Source: Octopus vulgaris (lineage: Eukaryota). From it: a stretch of 64,000 nt of DNA. The stretch spans positions 27,094,001 to 27,158,000 of the forward strand of contig OX597832.1 in NCBI GenBank assembly GCA_951406725.2, given 5' to 3'. Positions 25,579-39,685 of the stretch are shown piece after piece. Below the pieces are notes generated by a model. It was not told the origin of the DNA. It searched no databases and worked only from the letters and a program-made list of their open reading frames with translations. The translations under genes and the position numbers were made by a program. Numbering within the stretch: position 1 is the first letter of the stretch; the number at the start of each line of letters is the position of its first letter.

Positions 25579-25912
25579 CTAGTAATAGGAGGGGATGTAA
25601 ATGCCTCAAAGACCTGCTTAGACGTTTCCGACTGGACCACCTGAATGTGCCAATGTGGACATGGAGCAACCGCATCGGGTCGTCCAGATCGTATTTAAAT
25701 AGAGTATTCTGTAGGACAGCGGATAAGGATAGTGTAGGTTGTCCACAATTCCATAGAGTCAGCTACACAGACCACAAATTTGTGACTTGTACACTTGACT
25801 TAGATAAGACACATAGGCAGAGTCCCGGTTACTGGAAGCTGAACGCGTCGCTCACGGCACGCCAGGCTTACAGGGACCGGATTAGCACATTAGTTAAGAG
25901 ATCGTTGACGGG
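25573..25912 (+). mobile_element. L1/Tx1-clade LINE apurinic endonuclease fragment
   Basis: ILVIGGDVNA ... WTWSNRIGSSRSYLNRVF ... YTDHKFV ... PGYWKLNASL correspond to the GDFN, TW..SRLDR, SDH and GYWKLN.SL motifs. Confidence 0.8.
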
Positions 25913-26152
25913 TCGCCCATGCATACTGGCCTCCACTCTCCATGCCACCAGTGTTATCCAAGGGAAAGGCAAATTGATCGATATAGCTTGGCATCGATGA
26001 CATTGCAACTCATTTCTACAGCTGAGTGAACTGGAGCAACGTGAAATAAAGTGTCTTGCTCAAGAACACAACACGCAACCCGGTCCTGGAATCGAACTCA
26101 CAACCTCACGATCGTAAGCTCGACGCTATAACCACTGAGCCATGCGCCTTCA
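25912..26152 (-). mobile_element. tRNA-derived SINE family E
   Basis: Head tgaaggcgcatggctcagtggttatagcg...gagttcgattcc. Confidence 0.8.
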
Positions 26153-26153
26153 A

Positions 26154-26184
<31 letters not shown>

Positions 26185-26526
26185 CACAAGCTTAACTTTG
26201 ACCTCTGCAGAAATGTCGTATATGCGGCGATATTGGTGGCAGAGATTGAGACATGCGTAGAATATCAGTGGTATGTTTAATGCCTGGTTATTTCCCGTTT
26301 TCTATTGTATTTCTTCGAAAGAAGACTGCAAAGAAATTTTACAAGTTCCAGGGTAGAAACTTAACGGACAGCGTTTTTCATCACGATTAATCACTTTTCT
26401 ATTTCAGGAAACTAAATATACACTCCACCTGCATACTTGTATTATATACGCCTATGCACGTGTGTATATATTTATGTGTATATGGATGTATGCCTATGTA
26501 TATATATGCAATGTATGTATGCATTG

Positions 26527-26685
26527 AGAATTTGCAAAAAAACAAAAGACGAAGACGGGTGTGTAAACAACAAACAGATGTATTAGTTTAACGCTCAGGA
26601 GTGAGAAAGTCTTTTATGTTTCGAGCCTCCGCTCTTCAACAGAAAGGAACACAGAAATAAACAGGGAGAGAAATTAGAAAGGGAA
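26527..26685 (-). mobile_element. Short repeat family P (3 copies: also 50705-50880 - and 61340-61515 +) carrying a hammerhead-like fold
   Basis: Shared acaaaagacgaagacgggtgtgtaaacaacaaacagatgtattagtttaacgctc...tttcgagcct.cgctcttcaacagaaagg. Confidence 0.75.
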
Positions 26686-26990
26686 AATACTGGGTTGTCC
26701 GGAAAGTTCGTGGCGATTTTTAAATGAAAGAAAAAGGTCAATAAATAAGCTTAGCGGTGCGTTAGTGCAGATACAAACAATCTTGTAATAATGATGCTGC
26801 AATCTTGTAATAATGATGTTAACGTCGCAACATGAATATATGTAGCCGAGAAAACTCCACTTCAGTCACTCTCGCTACGTTAAAAACTCGCACAGTCTCT
26901 AAAGGCTACTGGCGAAATAACAAGTCCATTAGATCAATTACCAATGTTTCTGCTAAGAAGTTTAATGTTGTTATGTTTATATTTAAAATA

Positions 26991-27389
26991 GTGGAGGCGC
27001 AATGGCCCAGTGGTTAGGGCAACGGACTCGTGGTCATAGGATCGCGGTTTCGATTCCCAAACCGGGCATTGTGAGTGTTTATTGAGCGAAAACACCTAAA
27101 GCTCCACGAGGCTCCGGCAGGGGATGGTGGTGATCCCTGCTGTACTCTTTCACCACAACTTTCTCTCACTCTTACTTCCTGTTTCTGTTGTACCTGTATT
27201 TCAAAGGGCCGGCTTTGTCACTCTCTGTGTCACGCTGAATATCCCCGAGAACTACGTTAAGGGTACACGTGTCTGTGGAGTGCTCAGCCACTTACACGTT
27301 AATTTCACGAGCAGGCTGTTCCGTTGATTCGGATCAACCGGAACCCTCGTCGTGGTTACCGACGGAGTGCTTCCATTCCATTCCATTCC
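26991..27389 (+). mobile_element. SINE family C, full length, (TTCCA)4 tail and 12-bp TSD
   Basis: atatttaaaata at 26979-26990 and 27390-27401. Confidence 0.92.
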
Positions 27390-27620
27390 ATATTTAAAAT
27401 AATCTTATGACAGCGTGGACATAAACGTCTGAGAAGCTGGGTTTGCGACGCAATTTCGATTTATCGGTTGGACCGTCATTTCATTTCAATTTCTAGTCTG
27501 TAGCATCATATCAGCTTTTACATGAGTTGCAATATGGCACAGGTAAATATTAAACATCCAGGATTCTGTAACGCGACACTGTTTGGTACACACACACACA
27601 CACACGAATACACGCACGTA

Positions 27621-28143
27621 CCGTAAATCCTCGAGTATAATCCGCATTTCCCCCCCAAAAATTTAAAGGCCAAAATCCCTAGTGCGTACTATATACGGGG
27701 TTAAAAATGGAAAATATTTTCTAAGCAACGTCCGAGTCTCTATTTGCTGTCCAGCAATGTTTATTCAGACACATTTTGTGATGTCGGGCGCAAAAATACC
27801 TTAAGCTAAGCCTGAAAACAATGAAGTCATAAAAGAATCATCCATAACTTGCAGTAAGCAACATTTATTAAAATAAAAGTATTCAGAACACAGAATAACA
27901 TGTAACAAAAACAATTTGCAAACATATTTACATTCCCATATAACAGTTAAGAACATCACCATTATTGTATTACGCATGCGCGGAAGTGTTTGTTCGACTT
28001 GGTGCTGCTGGCTTAATTACACACGACTCAAGTTAGAGAAGGGGTGCGTATTATACACAAGGTTTAGGTTTTTCAGAAGTACAGCCCCCTAAAAATCCCC
28101 TGCGTATTATACTCAAGGGCGGACTATACTCGAGGATTTACGG
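27621..28143. mobile_element. Tc2/pogo-like MITE (523 bp)
   Basis: TA-ccgtaaatcctcgagtata ... tatactcgaggatttacgg-TA, with subterminal gcgtattatac repeats. Confidence 0.88.
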
Positions 28144-29263
28144 TATATATGTATTCATTTTTGATGGGATTTAATTTTTTACTTTGCAGAATTAAAACCG
28201 GTCGCTAACGAAGTGGTAAGGTTTTTTAAAGAACCCTCCGAGTGTGTAGTTGTCTGAATTGGTCGCTGCGTGCATATGTGTACGTGTAGATAAACTTGCA
28301 CTTATGCACTCGGTGTGCATGTTACTTTAATACACAAGTGTGTGTGTGTGTGTTTCATTACTAAATGTGTGAATGTGTTCACGCGGGAAGCTCAAACGCA
28401 GAATCCCTGGAATGTTTTACAAATTTTTCACCGTTCCTCTAATCAACTGTACTCAGAGAATGCGGACTGGTTTGCTCTGTTCTCTTTTGGAGATGCCCAG
28501 CTGTTCTAGATTTTTATGCAGAGGTATTATGTAGGCCATTATTTTAGGATTATGAGAACAAATGAAAGCCTATAGCCTGACTTTGAGCTGTAGGTTGTGT
28601 ATACGTGTGTGTACTGGTGGTATCGGTCTGTTTAGCAAAACTTGTGAAATTGAAACCGTGATGCCTGCCGCAGAAGTACAGAAGAACCGGTGCCAAATAG
28701 CAAATCTTACAGATCTTGCCAAAAGTCTTTTCACCCTCGTACCGTTGTCTCTTCCCGCCAACCCCTTCATAGCACGGGTATCGTTTGAACTCAGAGCAAT
28801 GACGTCGGAGCGATGTCTGATATGAAATCACGTGTCACTGTGTTTGCGATGTGCCATAGAAAGAATGTGGATTCGGTATTCCAACAACAACATCATCATC
28901 ATCAACAACAACAAGAATAACAAGAACAAGAACAAGAACAAGAACAAGAACAACAATAACAACAACAACTGCAACAGTAGTGATATCGACAACCAACAGC
29001 AACAACAACAACAACGACAACAAATACAACAAACAACGTCAGCAATCACAGAATTAAAGAATAATGAAACAAAAACAAAAAAGATGGCGCTGGTGATGTT
29101 GGCGGTGTTGGTAGAGCTGTTTGATCACGTAAGATGCTCGCCAGGATATGGATGTGTTCGCTTCACACAACGAAGATATGTTAATTGAATTCATCTTAAT
29201 TAATTATAAATACGGAGTTGTCTTCCATACTTAGTATTTGAGAGATAGATATATTGAGAGGAA

Positions 29264-29312
<49 letters not shown>

Positions 29313-29379
29313 AGTTTTTTGCGTAATAAGATAAAAAAAACTAAGGCTGTGTAGATATTAGAGCATTTATAGATAGAAG

Positions 29380-29434
29380 GTCTTACAGCTGTTTCTAGAA
29401 TATTAATTAATAATAATATCCCTTCATCGGAGAC
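29380..29434 (-). ncRNA. Minimal hammerhead motif with CCGAUGA core variant
   Basis: gtct-CCGATGA-agggatatta/ttattaat/taatattcta-GAAAC-AGCT-GTA-agac. Confidence 0.65.
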
Positions 29435-29535
29435 GGTGTGAGAGGATAGTTAAGTCATTAGGGAGTATAAATCCAAACTTACTGGGAAAAATTCAATTTA
29501 ATATTAAATCAAAATTCACTATACAAATATATAAC

Positions 29536-29906
<371 letters not shown>

Positions 29907-30015
29907 ATGTATATATATGTATGTGTACGTATGCATGTATGTATGTATGTATTTCGCTTAGATATTGCATGTTTAATAACCTGATGTAGAACTCATTATA
30001 CATGCTTCATATTCG

Positions 30016-30096
30016 AGTTCCGAGGAAGCTATAAGGTGCTTCTCTGGCACTCAACAATGAGTCTACAGCAGCCAATAGCAGAAACAGCTGAAAGCT
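30016..30096 (+). ncRNA. Degenerate hammerhead motif (CCGAGGA core, cleavage triplet mutated)
   Basis: agtt-CCGAGGA-agctat...atagca-GAAAC-AGCT-GAA-agct. Related to 58955-59035. Confidence 0.5.
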
Positions 30097-30166
30097 AATG
30101 AAGTGCATAAAATAATCGTTTATTCTATTGTCATCTCATTTTCTCTCTCTCTCTCTCTCTCTCTCT

Positions 30167-30206
<40 letters not shown>

Positions 30207-30208
<2 letters not shown>

Positions 30209-30616
30209 TCATACTCATTTCTCTCATTTACTCATTTACTTGTTTCAGTCATTTGACTGCGGCCATGCTGGAGCACCACCTTTAATCGAGTAAATCGACC
30301 CCGGGACTTATTCTTTGTAAGCCCAGTACTTATTCTATCGGTCTCTTTTGCCGAACCGCTAAGTGACGGGGACGTAAACACACCAGCATCGGTTGTCAAG
30401 CAATGCTAGGGGGACAAACACAGACATACACACACATATATATACATATATACGACAGGCTTCTTTTAGTTTCCGTCTACCAAATCCACTCACAAGGCAT
30501 TGGTCGGCCCGGGGCTATAGCAGAAGACACTTGCCCAAGATGCCACGCAGTGGGACTGAACCCGGAACCATGTGGTTGGTAAACAAGCTACTTACCACAC
30601 AGCCACTCCTGCGCCT
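30207..30616 (-). mobile_element. SINE family A, subfamily A2, full length
   Basis: Diagnostic gcccagtac, gtgacgggg, caatgctagg, ggcattgg, aagatgcc. Confidence 0.9.
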
Positions 30617-30747
30617 ATATATATATATGCACTGCGTCCCACATTATTAGGCAAATCAACCTTCTCTCAATAAATAAATGTATATTCATTAAGAAAGTTG
30701 TTTTCCCACTATCTGCGCACATTCTGTTGAAATAAATCGGATCTACT

Positions 30748-30791
<44 letters not shown>

Positions 30792-30795
30792 AACA

Positions 30796-30832
<37 letters not shown>

Positions 30833-31468
30833 CTACAGAATACACTCACAAGGCTTTTATCGTCCCGTGGTTATGGTAGAAGATACTTTTGCAAGGTGCC
30901 GCGTAGTGGGACTGAACCGGAGATCATGCGATTGGAAGCGAACTTCTAAACTACGTAGCCATGCCTGCGCATTCAGAAATCCTGGATTGATGTCCGGCGT
31001 GCTGAAAGACCACTTCGAATGCGGGCCCCTCAGCTTTTGTTAAAGCATGTCTCTGATCTAAAAGGGGATAATATACACGGAATGTCATTGGACGTTCTGG
31101 GTAGCTTTCCTTGCGATTGAGTGCATGGTGCTCCCACATTCCTGAGTGTCCGACCTATATTAGCACTGGATGTCTTGCCCTGGATTGTTTCTGGATCATG
31201 TCCCGTAGGGTCAAGAAGGTCTACGAGGTGTTGTGCAAGCCTTATTGGATCTAAAATAATTTTGAATCAGGCGTTGCTTTGTCAATGATGGTCAAACTCG
31301 TCTGCTGTTTGACAGCCACCATGTGTGCGTGTGTGTGTGCGATTGTATATGTATGGAGAAAGAGTGTCAGAAAGAATGTGAATATGGGAAGTATTCAGTT
31401 AGTCAATGGCTAGTAAGAGAGGGAGAGGCTGAAAGGCGTAAATAGAATGAACAAGAGATATTGAGAGG

Positions 31469-31502
<34 letters not shown>

Positions 31503-31591
31503 AAGAGAGAGAGAGATGAACAGATAGACAGAAGCAGGGATATATTGATGGGCAGAACGAACAAGGGACATAGAGGTAGCTAGCTAGCTAC

Positions 31592-31656
<65 letters not shown>

Positions 31657-31883
31657 AGCAGGCAGAACTGTTAGCACGCCGGGCGAAATGCTTAGCAGTA
31701 TTTCGTCTGCGTTACGTTGTGAGTTCAAATTCCGCCGAGGTCGACTTTGCCTTTCATCCTTTCGGGGTCGATAAATTAAGTACCAGTTACGCACTGGGGT
31801 CGATGTAATCGACTTAATACCTATGTCTGTCCTTGTTTGTCCCATCTGTGTTTAGCCCCTTGTGGGTAATAAAGAAATAGGTA
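31657..31883 (+). mobile_element. SINE family B monomer inside a (GATA)n tract
   Basis: gcaggcagaactgttagcacgccggg...aaagaaatagg. Confidence 0.88.
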
Positions 31884-31916
31884 TATATAGATGTGTAAAA
31901 CAAACATGGAACATAG

Positions 31917-32018
<102 letters not shown>

Positions 32019-32476
32019 GCAGATGGATAGATAGATAGGCAGATGGATAGATAGATAGGCAGATGGATAAATTGATAGCCAGAAGGAACAAGGAATACAC
32101 GGATAGTGGAGAGGGAGTGTATATATATATGTGTACCTGTAAACTAAAACAATGTGTGGTAAGTCAATGAAGGTTGTAAAGTAATCTTTTCTTGGCACCA
32201 AATCCAAAGAATACTTTCTCAATGAAAATGCTTCTTTTTATTTTTTGACTTCCAGCGAGAAATTGGTTTCTTACCTGTGCTCTGGGTATATACACCTGTT
32301 TCTCTCCCCGCGCCCTCTCTTATTTTCTTTCCCTTACCCACCCCTCTCTCTAATATATATATATATGTGTGTGTATATATATATATATATATACATACAC
32401 ACACACACACACACGCATATGTATGTATGTATGTATATATATATATACATATATAAATATATATATACATATATAA

Positions 32477-32513
<37 letters not shown>

Positions 32514-32554
32514 AACACACATTATGTGTGTGTGTATATATATATATACATAAG

Positions 32555-32718
32555 CACAGGAGTGGCTGTGTGGTAAGAAGCTTGCTTCCCAACCACATGG
32601 TTCCAGTTTCAGTCCCCCCCCCTGCATGGCACCTTGGGCAAGTGTCTTCCTACTATAGCCTTGGGCCGACCAAAGCCTTGCGAGTGGATTTGGTAGACGG
32701 AAACTGAAAGGAGTCCGT

Positions 32719-32777
<59 letters not shown>

Positions 32778-32873
32778 GTTTGTGTTTGTCCTTCCACCAT
32801 CGCTTGACAACCGATGTTGGTGTGTTCGCGTACCCGTAACTTAGTGGTTAGGCAAAATACACCGATAGAATAA
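32555..32873 (+). mobile_element. SINE family A, 3' truncated by a short inversion
   Basis: Head caggagtggctgtgtggtaag, ends at accgatagaataa. Confidence 0.85.
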
Positions 32874-33136
32874 ATTACGGGTACGCGAACACACGTTCGC
32901 GCATGCATGTATACGTGTGACTGCGCATGCGCGACAGTGTGACTGCGCATGCTCGAAAGTGTGACTTCGTATGCGCGCATATATTCATGTGTGTGTTTAT
33001 GCCCGACTGTACGTGTGTGTATGTGTATGTCTCGCCACACACTTGAAGAGTTTTCTGAAAAGTCTCAGATTCCTCCAGAAACGGTTTCCTAACTGAGACA
33101 TTTTCCAACTTCTACCTGAGTATATATATGTGCGTG

Positions 33137-33167
<31 letters not shown>

Positions 33168-33482
33168 ACATGCATGTATGTAAGTAACTATGTATGCATA
33201 CACGGATCCATGCGACCATATGCATGCATGTGCACGCATGCATGTCTGTGCATATAACTCTACGCGTGTGTGTGTGTGTGTGTGTGTGTGTGCATGTTTA
33301 TTGTAGGCATTGTATCCGTGCGCTGGTTACGTGGTTTGGAACCAATGCCAAGGAATTATGGTAATAAAAGAGAACGACAAGATATCAAAATAATGGAATT
33401 TAGCATACAATGGCGGCGGTTTTGGTTTTCATACTTAACCGTGTGTGCACGTGTTGCGTATATATGATATATACATACATAC

Positions 33483-33514
<32 letters not shown>

Positions 33515-33572
33515 ATGTGTATATATGTATATATATATATATATATGTGTGTGTAAATATACACACACACTC

Positions 33573-33615
<43 letters not shown>

Positions 33616-33619
<4 letters not shown>

Positions 33620-33823
33620 CTCATTTACTCATTTACTTGTTTCAGTCATTTGACTGCGGCCATGCTGGAGCACCGCCTTTAGTCGAGCAACTCGACCTCC
33701 GGACTTATTCTTTTTGTAAGCCCAGTACTTATTCTATTGGTCTCTTTTTGCCGAACCGCTAGGTGACGGGGACATAAACACACCAGCATCGGTTGTCAAG
33801 CAATGCTAGGGGAACAAACACAG

Positions 33824-33873
<50 letters not shown>

Positions 33874-33944
33874 GACGGGCTTCTTTCAGTTTCCGTCTAC
33901 CAAATCCACTCACAAGGCATTGGTCGGCCCGAGGCTATAGCAGA

Positions 33945-33948
<4 letters not shown>
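33616..33948 (-). mobile_element. SINE A2, 5'-truncated
   Basis: Same diagnostics as the 30207 copy. Confidence 0.85.
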
Positions 33949-34016
<68 letters not shown>

Positions 34017-34037
34017 CATATATATATATATAAAATA

Positions 34038-34180
34038 AGTATAGGGAAGAATGGAGCTGAACGAAGATTTTAGAAAATTCCTTTATTTTATTTTCGACAT
34101 ATGTTTCGAAGTCTGCAACATATGTCGAAAATAAAATAAAAATTTTCTTAAATCTTCGTTCAGCTCCATTCCCTATACTA
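34038..34180. repeat. Inverted repeat centred on a half hammerhead (PLE-type inverted terminus)
   Basis: agtataggga..gaatggagctgaacgaagattt...cgacatatgtt / aacatatgtcg...aaatcttcgttcagctccattccctatact. GAAAC-ATAT-GTC on the - strand. Confidence 0.85.
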
Positions 34181-34339
34181 TTATATTAAATTAAACTTCA
34201 AATTTCCGCACTAAGGCACGGAGTTTATGCCCTATGGTCGTTACTTCAACCGTGCTCTTTCTGTTGTGAGTTTGCTACCCAGGTATCGGTTATCTTTCGA
34301 ATTATCCGTAATAAGATAATTCATTTATCTACTTAAATA

Positions 34340-34386
<47 letters not shown>

Positions 34387-34388
<2 letters not shown>

Positions 34389-34790
34389 CTCTTTACTCTT
34401 TTACTCTTTTACTTGTTTATTTGATGCGGCCATGCTGGAGCACCGCCTTTATCGAGCAAATCGACCCCGGGACTTATTCTTTGTAAGCCCAGTACTTATT
34501 CTATCGGTCTCCGTTGCCGAACCGCTAAGTGACGGGGACGTAAACACACCAGCATCGGTTGTCAAGCAATGCTAGGGGACAAACACAGACACACAAACAT
34601 ATACATACATACATATATATATATACATATATACGACGGGCTTCTTTCAGTTTCCGTCTACCAAATCCACTCACAAGGCATTGGTCGGCCCGAGGCTATA
34701 GCAGAAGACACTTGCCCAAGATGCCACGCAGTGGACTGAACCCAGAACCATGTGGTTGGTGCAACTACTTACCACACAGCCACTCCTGCG

Positions 34791-34793
<3 letters not shown>
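34387..34793 (-). mobile_element. SINE A2, full length
   Basis: Same diagnostics. Confidence 0.88.
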
Positions 34794-34833
<40 letters not shown>

Positions 34834-34848
34834 TATAAATAAATATAT

Positions 34849-34925
<77 letters not shown>

Positions 34926-34998
34926 TGTATGCATGTAAGTATGTTTGTATATGAAATCTTCATATGTAACGTGCCTGTGTTGAATATGTGTTTGTATG

Positions 34999-35058
<60 letters not shown>

Positions 35059-35469
35059 GTGTGTGTGTATATATGTATGTATATGTATGTATATTATTGT
35101 GTGTGTGTGTGTATTTCTGTTATTGTAAGGTAATTTTAGCAGTTCGTCGTCGTCAGCCAGGCACCTTGTACCAACAATGTGTATGGGGTGGCAGTGGTGG
35201 ATAACGGGGTGGAAAACGGGGTGGCGGGGGAAACCACCTTTTTTAGGTGCAACCCCTTCCCCTCCCTTCTAACACCTCACCAGCACCCCTTCGTACCTCA
35301 TTAACTGTTTCTCCCCCCCCACCTCGAACATCTTCCTTTCTTTTTCTCTTTTACTCCCTTCCCCCCCTCTCTCTCTCACCGTCTCTTTCTTCAGAGTTTT
35401 CTCCTCTATGCTCCACTATACACACACTCATGTGTGTGTGTGTGCTTATATAATAGATTACATGTATTT

Positions 35470-36002
<533 letters not shown>

Positions 36003-36377
36003 TTGGAAGTAGGAAGGAAAAGGGCACGTGTTGGGCGGGGTGGATGGGGAGGGGCGTGGATCCCTTCGTTTCACGCGCTTTAAGAAGCTGACTGCTTGTG
36101 TGTGAGTGTGTGTGTGTATGTATGCGTGTATGTGTGTGTGTGTGTGTGAGAGAAGGAAAGAGAGAGAGAGAGAGAGAGAGGGGGCGGGAAGAGAGAAGGA
36201 GAGAGAAGAAAGACGGGGATCAGCTGTGAAGTTGTGTCGAGCCATCACAATAGCAGCCAAACAGCCCTCAGTTATATAACACAGCAAAAAAAAAAAAAGA
36301 ATCAGAACAGCGACTGACACTACAAGAACAAGAACAACTAGAAAACTAATTTCTTCAAAAGAAGGAAAGTGCAGGGA

Positions 36378-36402
36378 CCAACAACAACAACAACAACAAC
36401 AA

Positions 36403-36433
<31 letters not shown>

Positions 36434-37235
36434 GATGACGACGACGGCGACGGCGAATGAAATGAAGCGTGGTTTGAGAAAGAGTAAAATATGCAATAGA
36501 CATTAGCATCAACATCAACAACAACGACGGCATCGGCATTGGTTACCATAGCAACTGCAACGATATAAATATTAGTGCAACAACTTGCAACAACAAGTGT
36601 AAAAAAAAAGTGCAGTAATAACTGCAACTGTATTTACAACCTCGCCGACACCACCACCACCATACCACCACCACCATCACCATCACCACCACCACCACTA
36701 CCACTACCACCACCACCACCACCGACCCACCACCACCACCACCACCACCACCACCACCGACGCCACCACCACCACCACCGACACCATCATCGCCACCACC
36801 ACCACCACCACCACCACCACCGTCGCCGCCAACATCAGCGACTATCTTCAACATCGACATCACCAGCCTTTACACCACGCCCACTAACAATGCCTTAACC
36901 GCCACCACCAACACCACCACCACCACCGCCACCACTCCATAATTACAACTCTTCCCACACCTCCAGTATAATCATTACCGCCGTCACTATAACCACCACC
37001 ACCACCACCACCACCACCACCCTCCACCATCACCACTATTATAAGTGCAATCTTGCACCACCGCCACCACCACCCCTTAATCAACATACCATTACAACGA
37101 TAGTCAACACTACCACCACCATCGACACCATCAACAACAAAAACAACACCACCACCACCACCACCAGCACCATCACCACCACGACTACTACCGCCACCGT
37201 TACAATCACACCACCACCACCACCACCACAACCAT
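36378..37235. repeat. (CAA)n then degenerate (CAC/ACC)n trinucleotide tract
   Basis: Direct inspection; gives rise to poly-H/P/G ORFs. Confidence 0.9.
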
Positions 37236-38058
37236 CACTATAGTTATACACACACCATCCAAACGGTCTGAAAAAACATGGTAGTTAACCACTCATGTTA
37301 AGCGGTGGTTTACACCTGTCACGATATTTCTTTTAGAACTTCACTTCGATTTTGCAATCGGAGTTTGAGGTTTAAATTCTACATGCGAAGACACTGTCAC
37401 ACTTTATCTATTTTTCGTCCTGGTTTCTCAACAGTTTTTAACCAACTGGATTACGCTGGATTAAACTGGATTTAGGTGAGTTGATTAATGTAACTTAATA
37501 ATTTACATTTCGGCTTCTTTCTCAAAACATCAATCAAAAAAAATTTCATCAAATATTTTGTATTTGTCTTTCATTTTTGTCGAAGTTCTCTCAATAATGG
37601 ATTGACAGAGGCGAAACATTTCTTACTTGTTCTGTTATGTCACCGAAAACTTCGTCATCGGATTCTTTTATGCAGTTTTATTTTCTGGGAAACACAAAGT
37701 TTTGTCTAATATTTTCGTTGTCAAAGTTTATAAAATAATAATAATGAAATTATTGTATACAGTGCTCAGGTGCACCACAATGTTAGTGTGTACGCCTTGT
37801 CGCGAGAGGTGGGAAGAACGTACACCGTTAACATTATTATGCCGCCGAAAACTGTGTATTTGGATCAACTTGTGAAAATATTCCTGGTAAGAAGGAATTT
37901 TAATAGTTGGACACCAGTGAATTCCTCCAAAATTTTTATTTTCATATCGCAGAGGATAAATACATAAATGTCTTATAAATGCACTCACAGATATAAAAAC
38001 ATGCATATACATACATGCAAACGTAAATACATATATAGACGCGCGTGTATACACACAC

Positions 38059-38095
<37 letters not shown>

Positions 38096-38129
38096 TATAT
38101 ATATATAATAGCAAGAATAATGAACATTA

Positions 38130-38620
38130 ACTATAGGCACAGGGCTAGCAATTTCGGGGCAGAGGGAAGGTCAATGACATCGACCCCTAAAGGATGAAAG
38201 GCAAAGACGACCTCGGCTAGAATTTGAACTCAGAATGTTAAGGCGGGCGAAATGCTGCTCTATGCATTTTGCCCGGCGTGTTAACCATTCTGCCACCTCG
38301 CCGCCTTTACCAAACAGGAATGTCACCTGTACTCGTTCCTTTCAGCCTCGTCCACCAGGTAACCTCTTTTTTGTGCCACAGCAAGCAGACAAAGGAAATA
38401 ATAATCATTTCTGTTATAAGCATAAGGCCTGAAATTTGGGAGACGGGGGATAGTCGAACATATTGACCCCCAGTACTCGACTGGTACTTATTTTATGGAC
38501 TCCCGAAACGATGAAAGATAAAGTCGACCCCGGCGGCATTTGAACTCAGAACGTGATGGCAGGCGAAATGCCGCTAAGCATTTCATCCGGCGTGCTAACG
38601 ATTCTGCCAGCTCGCCGCCT
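38130..38620 (-). mobile_element. Two SINE family B monomers
   Basis: Heads at about 38305 and 38620 (ctgccagctcgccgcct). Confidence 0.8.
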
Positions 38621-38622
38621 TC

Positions 38623-38706
<84 letters not shown>

Positions 38707-38707
38707 C

Positions 38708-38962
38708 AGGTACCTTTTCGGTGGGATGGGCTACTCGACCAGAAGAAAGTTCTAATTGGACCCCACCTGCAAAATCATGCGCTGTTTATCTTGATATAAG
38801 ATCACCACGTCGCGCACATATGGTTGTAATGCATGTGCCTGGCGTACCCTTATCAGATGGGTAGTCATGATGGGTATACGGGACTTTGTATACTTGTAAC
38901 CGGGCGTTACATTGATGGCATGCACTGCTCTCTCACTCAATAATAATAATAATAATAATAAT
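38708..38962 (+). mobile_element. Probable LINE 3' end inserted in a (TAA)n tract
   Basis: 230-bp complex block with (TAA)n on both sides, ending cactgctctctcactcaa(taa)n. (TAA)n targeting is known for Dong/R4-clade elements (inference). Confidence 0.5.
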
Positions 38963-39147
38963 AACTGGTTCCGATATTGGTAAATGGCCTGAGATTTAGT
39001 GGAGTGGGGGTGGGCTATTTGATTAAATCGATCCCACAGTACATGACTGGTATTTTATTTAATCGAATCCGAAAAGATGAGACGCAACGTTAACGTCGGA
39101 TATCTACACACACGTAAATGTACGTGTATATGTGCATGTATGTTTAC

Positions 39148-39217
<70 letters not shown>

Positions 39218-39474
39218 GAGAGATACACGTGTGTGTGTATGTAGAAATTTATAGTCATACATGCATGCATATGTGCATGCATAAATTCACTGTTGAATAC
39301 ATAACCATGCATACATAGACAAGTATATATATATATATATATATATGTGTGCATGTGTGTGAGTGTGTATATGGATGCATGCACATAAACCCGTGTGTGT
39401 GTATATTAGGAGACCCCCTTCGGTCATGAATAACTATGGGATTGCACCTAGAAAGTTACCCTCCGAGGCACAAG

Positions 39475-39513
<39 letters not shown>

Positions 39514-39685
39514 GTATAAATGTATAAATGTGTGTATATATGTATAAATAAAAATACATGCATTCTAATATACAGTGTGGAAAAGTGTGCACACATGTAC
39601 ACACAAATTTACACACACACACCTACATATACACTTGCATACATAGACATATAAACATTCACACGAACAACTAAATACGTTAGAC

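Noticed and set aside
26991-27065. tRNA genes at SINE heads (also 8795, 17920-17994, 26080-26152)
   Set aside because: A/B boxes run directly into SINE bodies with tails and TSDs; no complete cloverleaf.
30975-31320. Possible degenerate LINE fragment on the - strand; also uncharacterised blocks at 15000-15640, 41350-42400, 49740-49990 and 51560-52130
   Set aside because: Only faint resemblance to RTE, Tc1 or Helitron-type sequence; cannot be supported without a search.
36543-37231. Poly-His/Pro/Gly ORFs
   Set aside because: (CAC)n tract; stops interrupt the frames and there is no splice or homology support.
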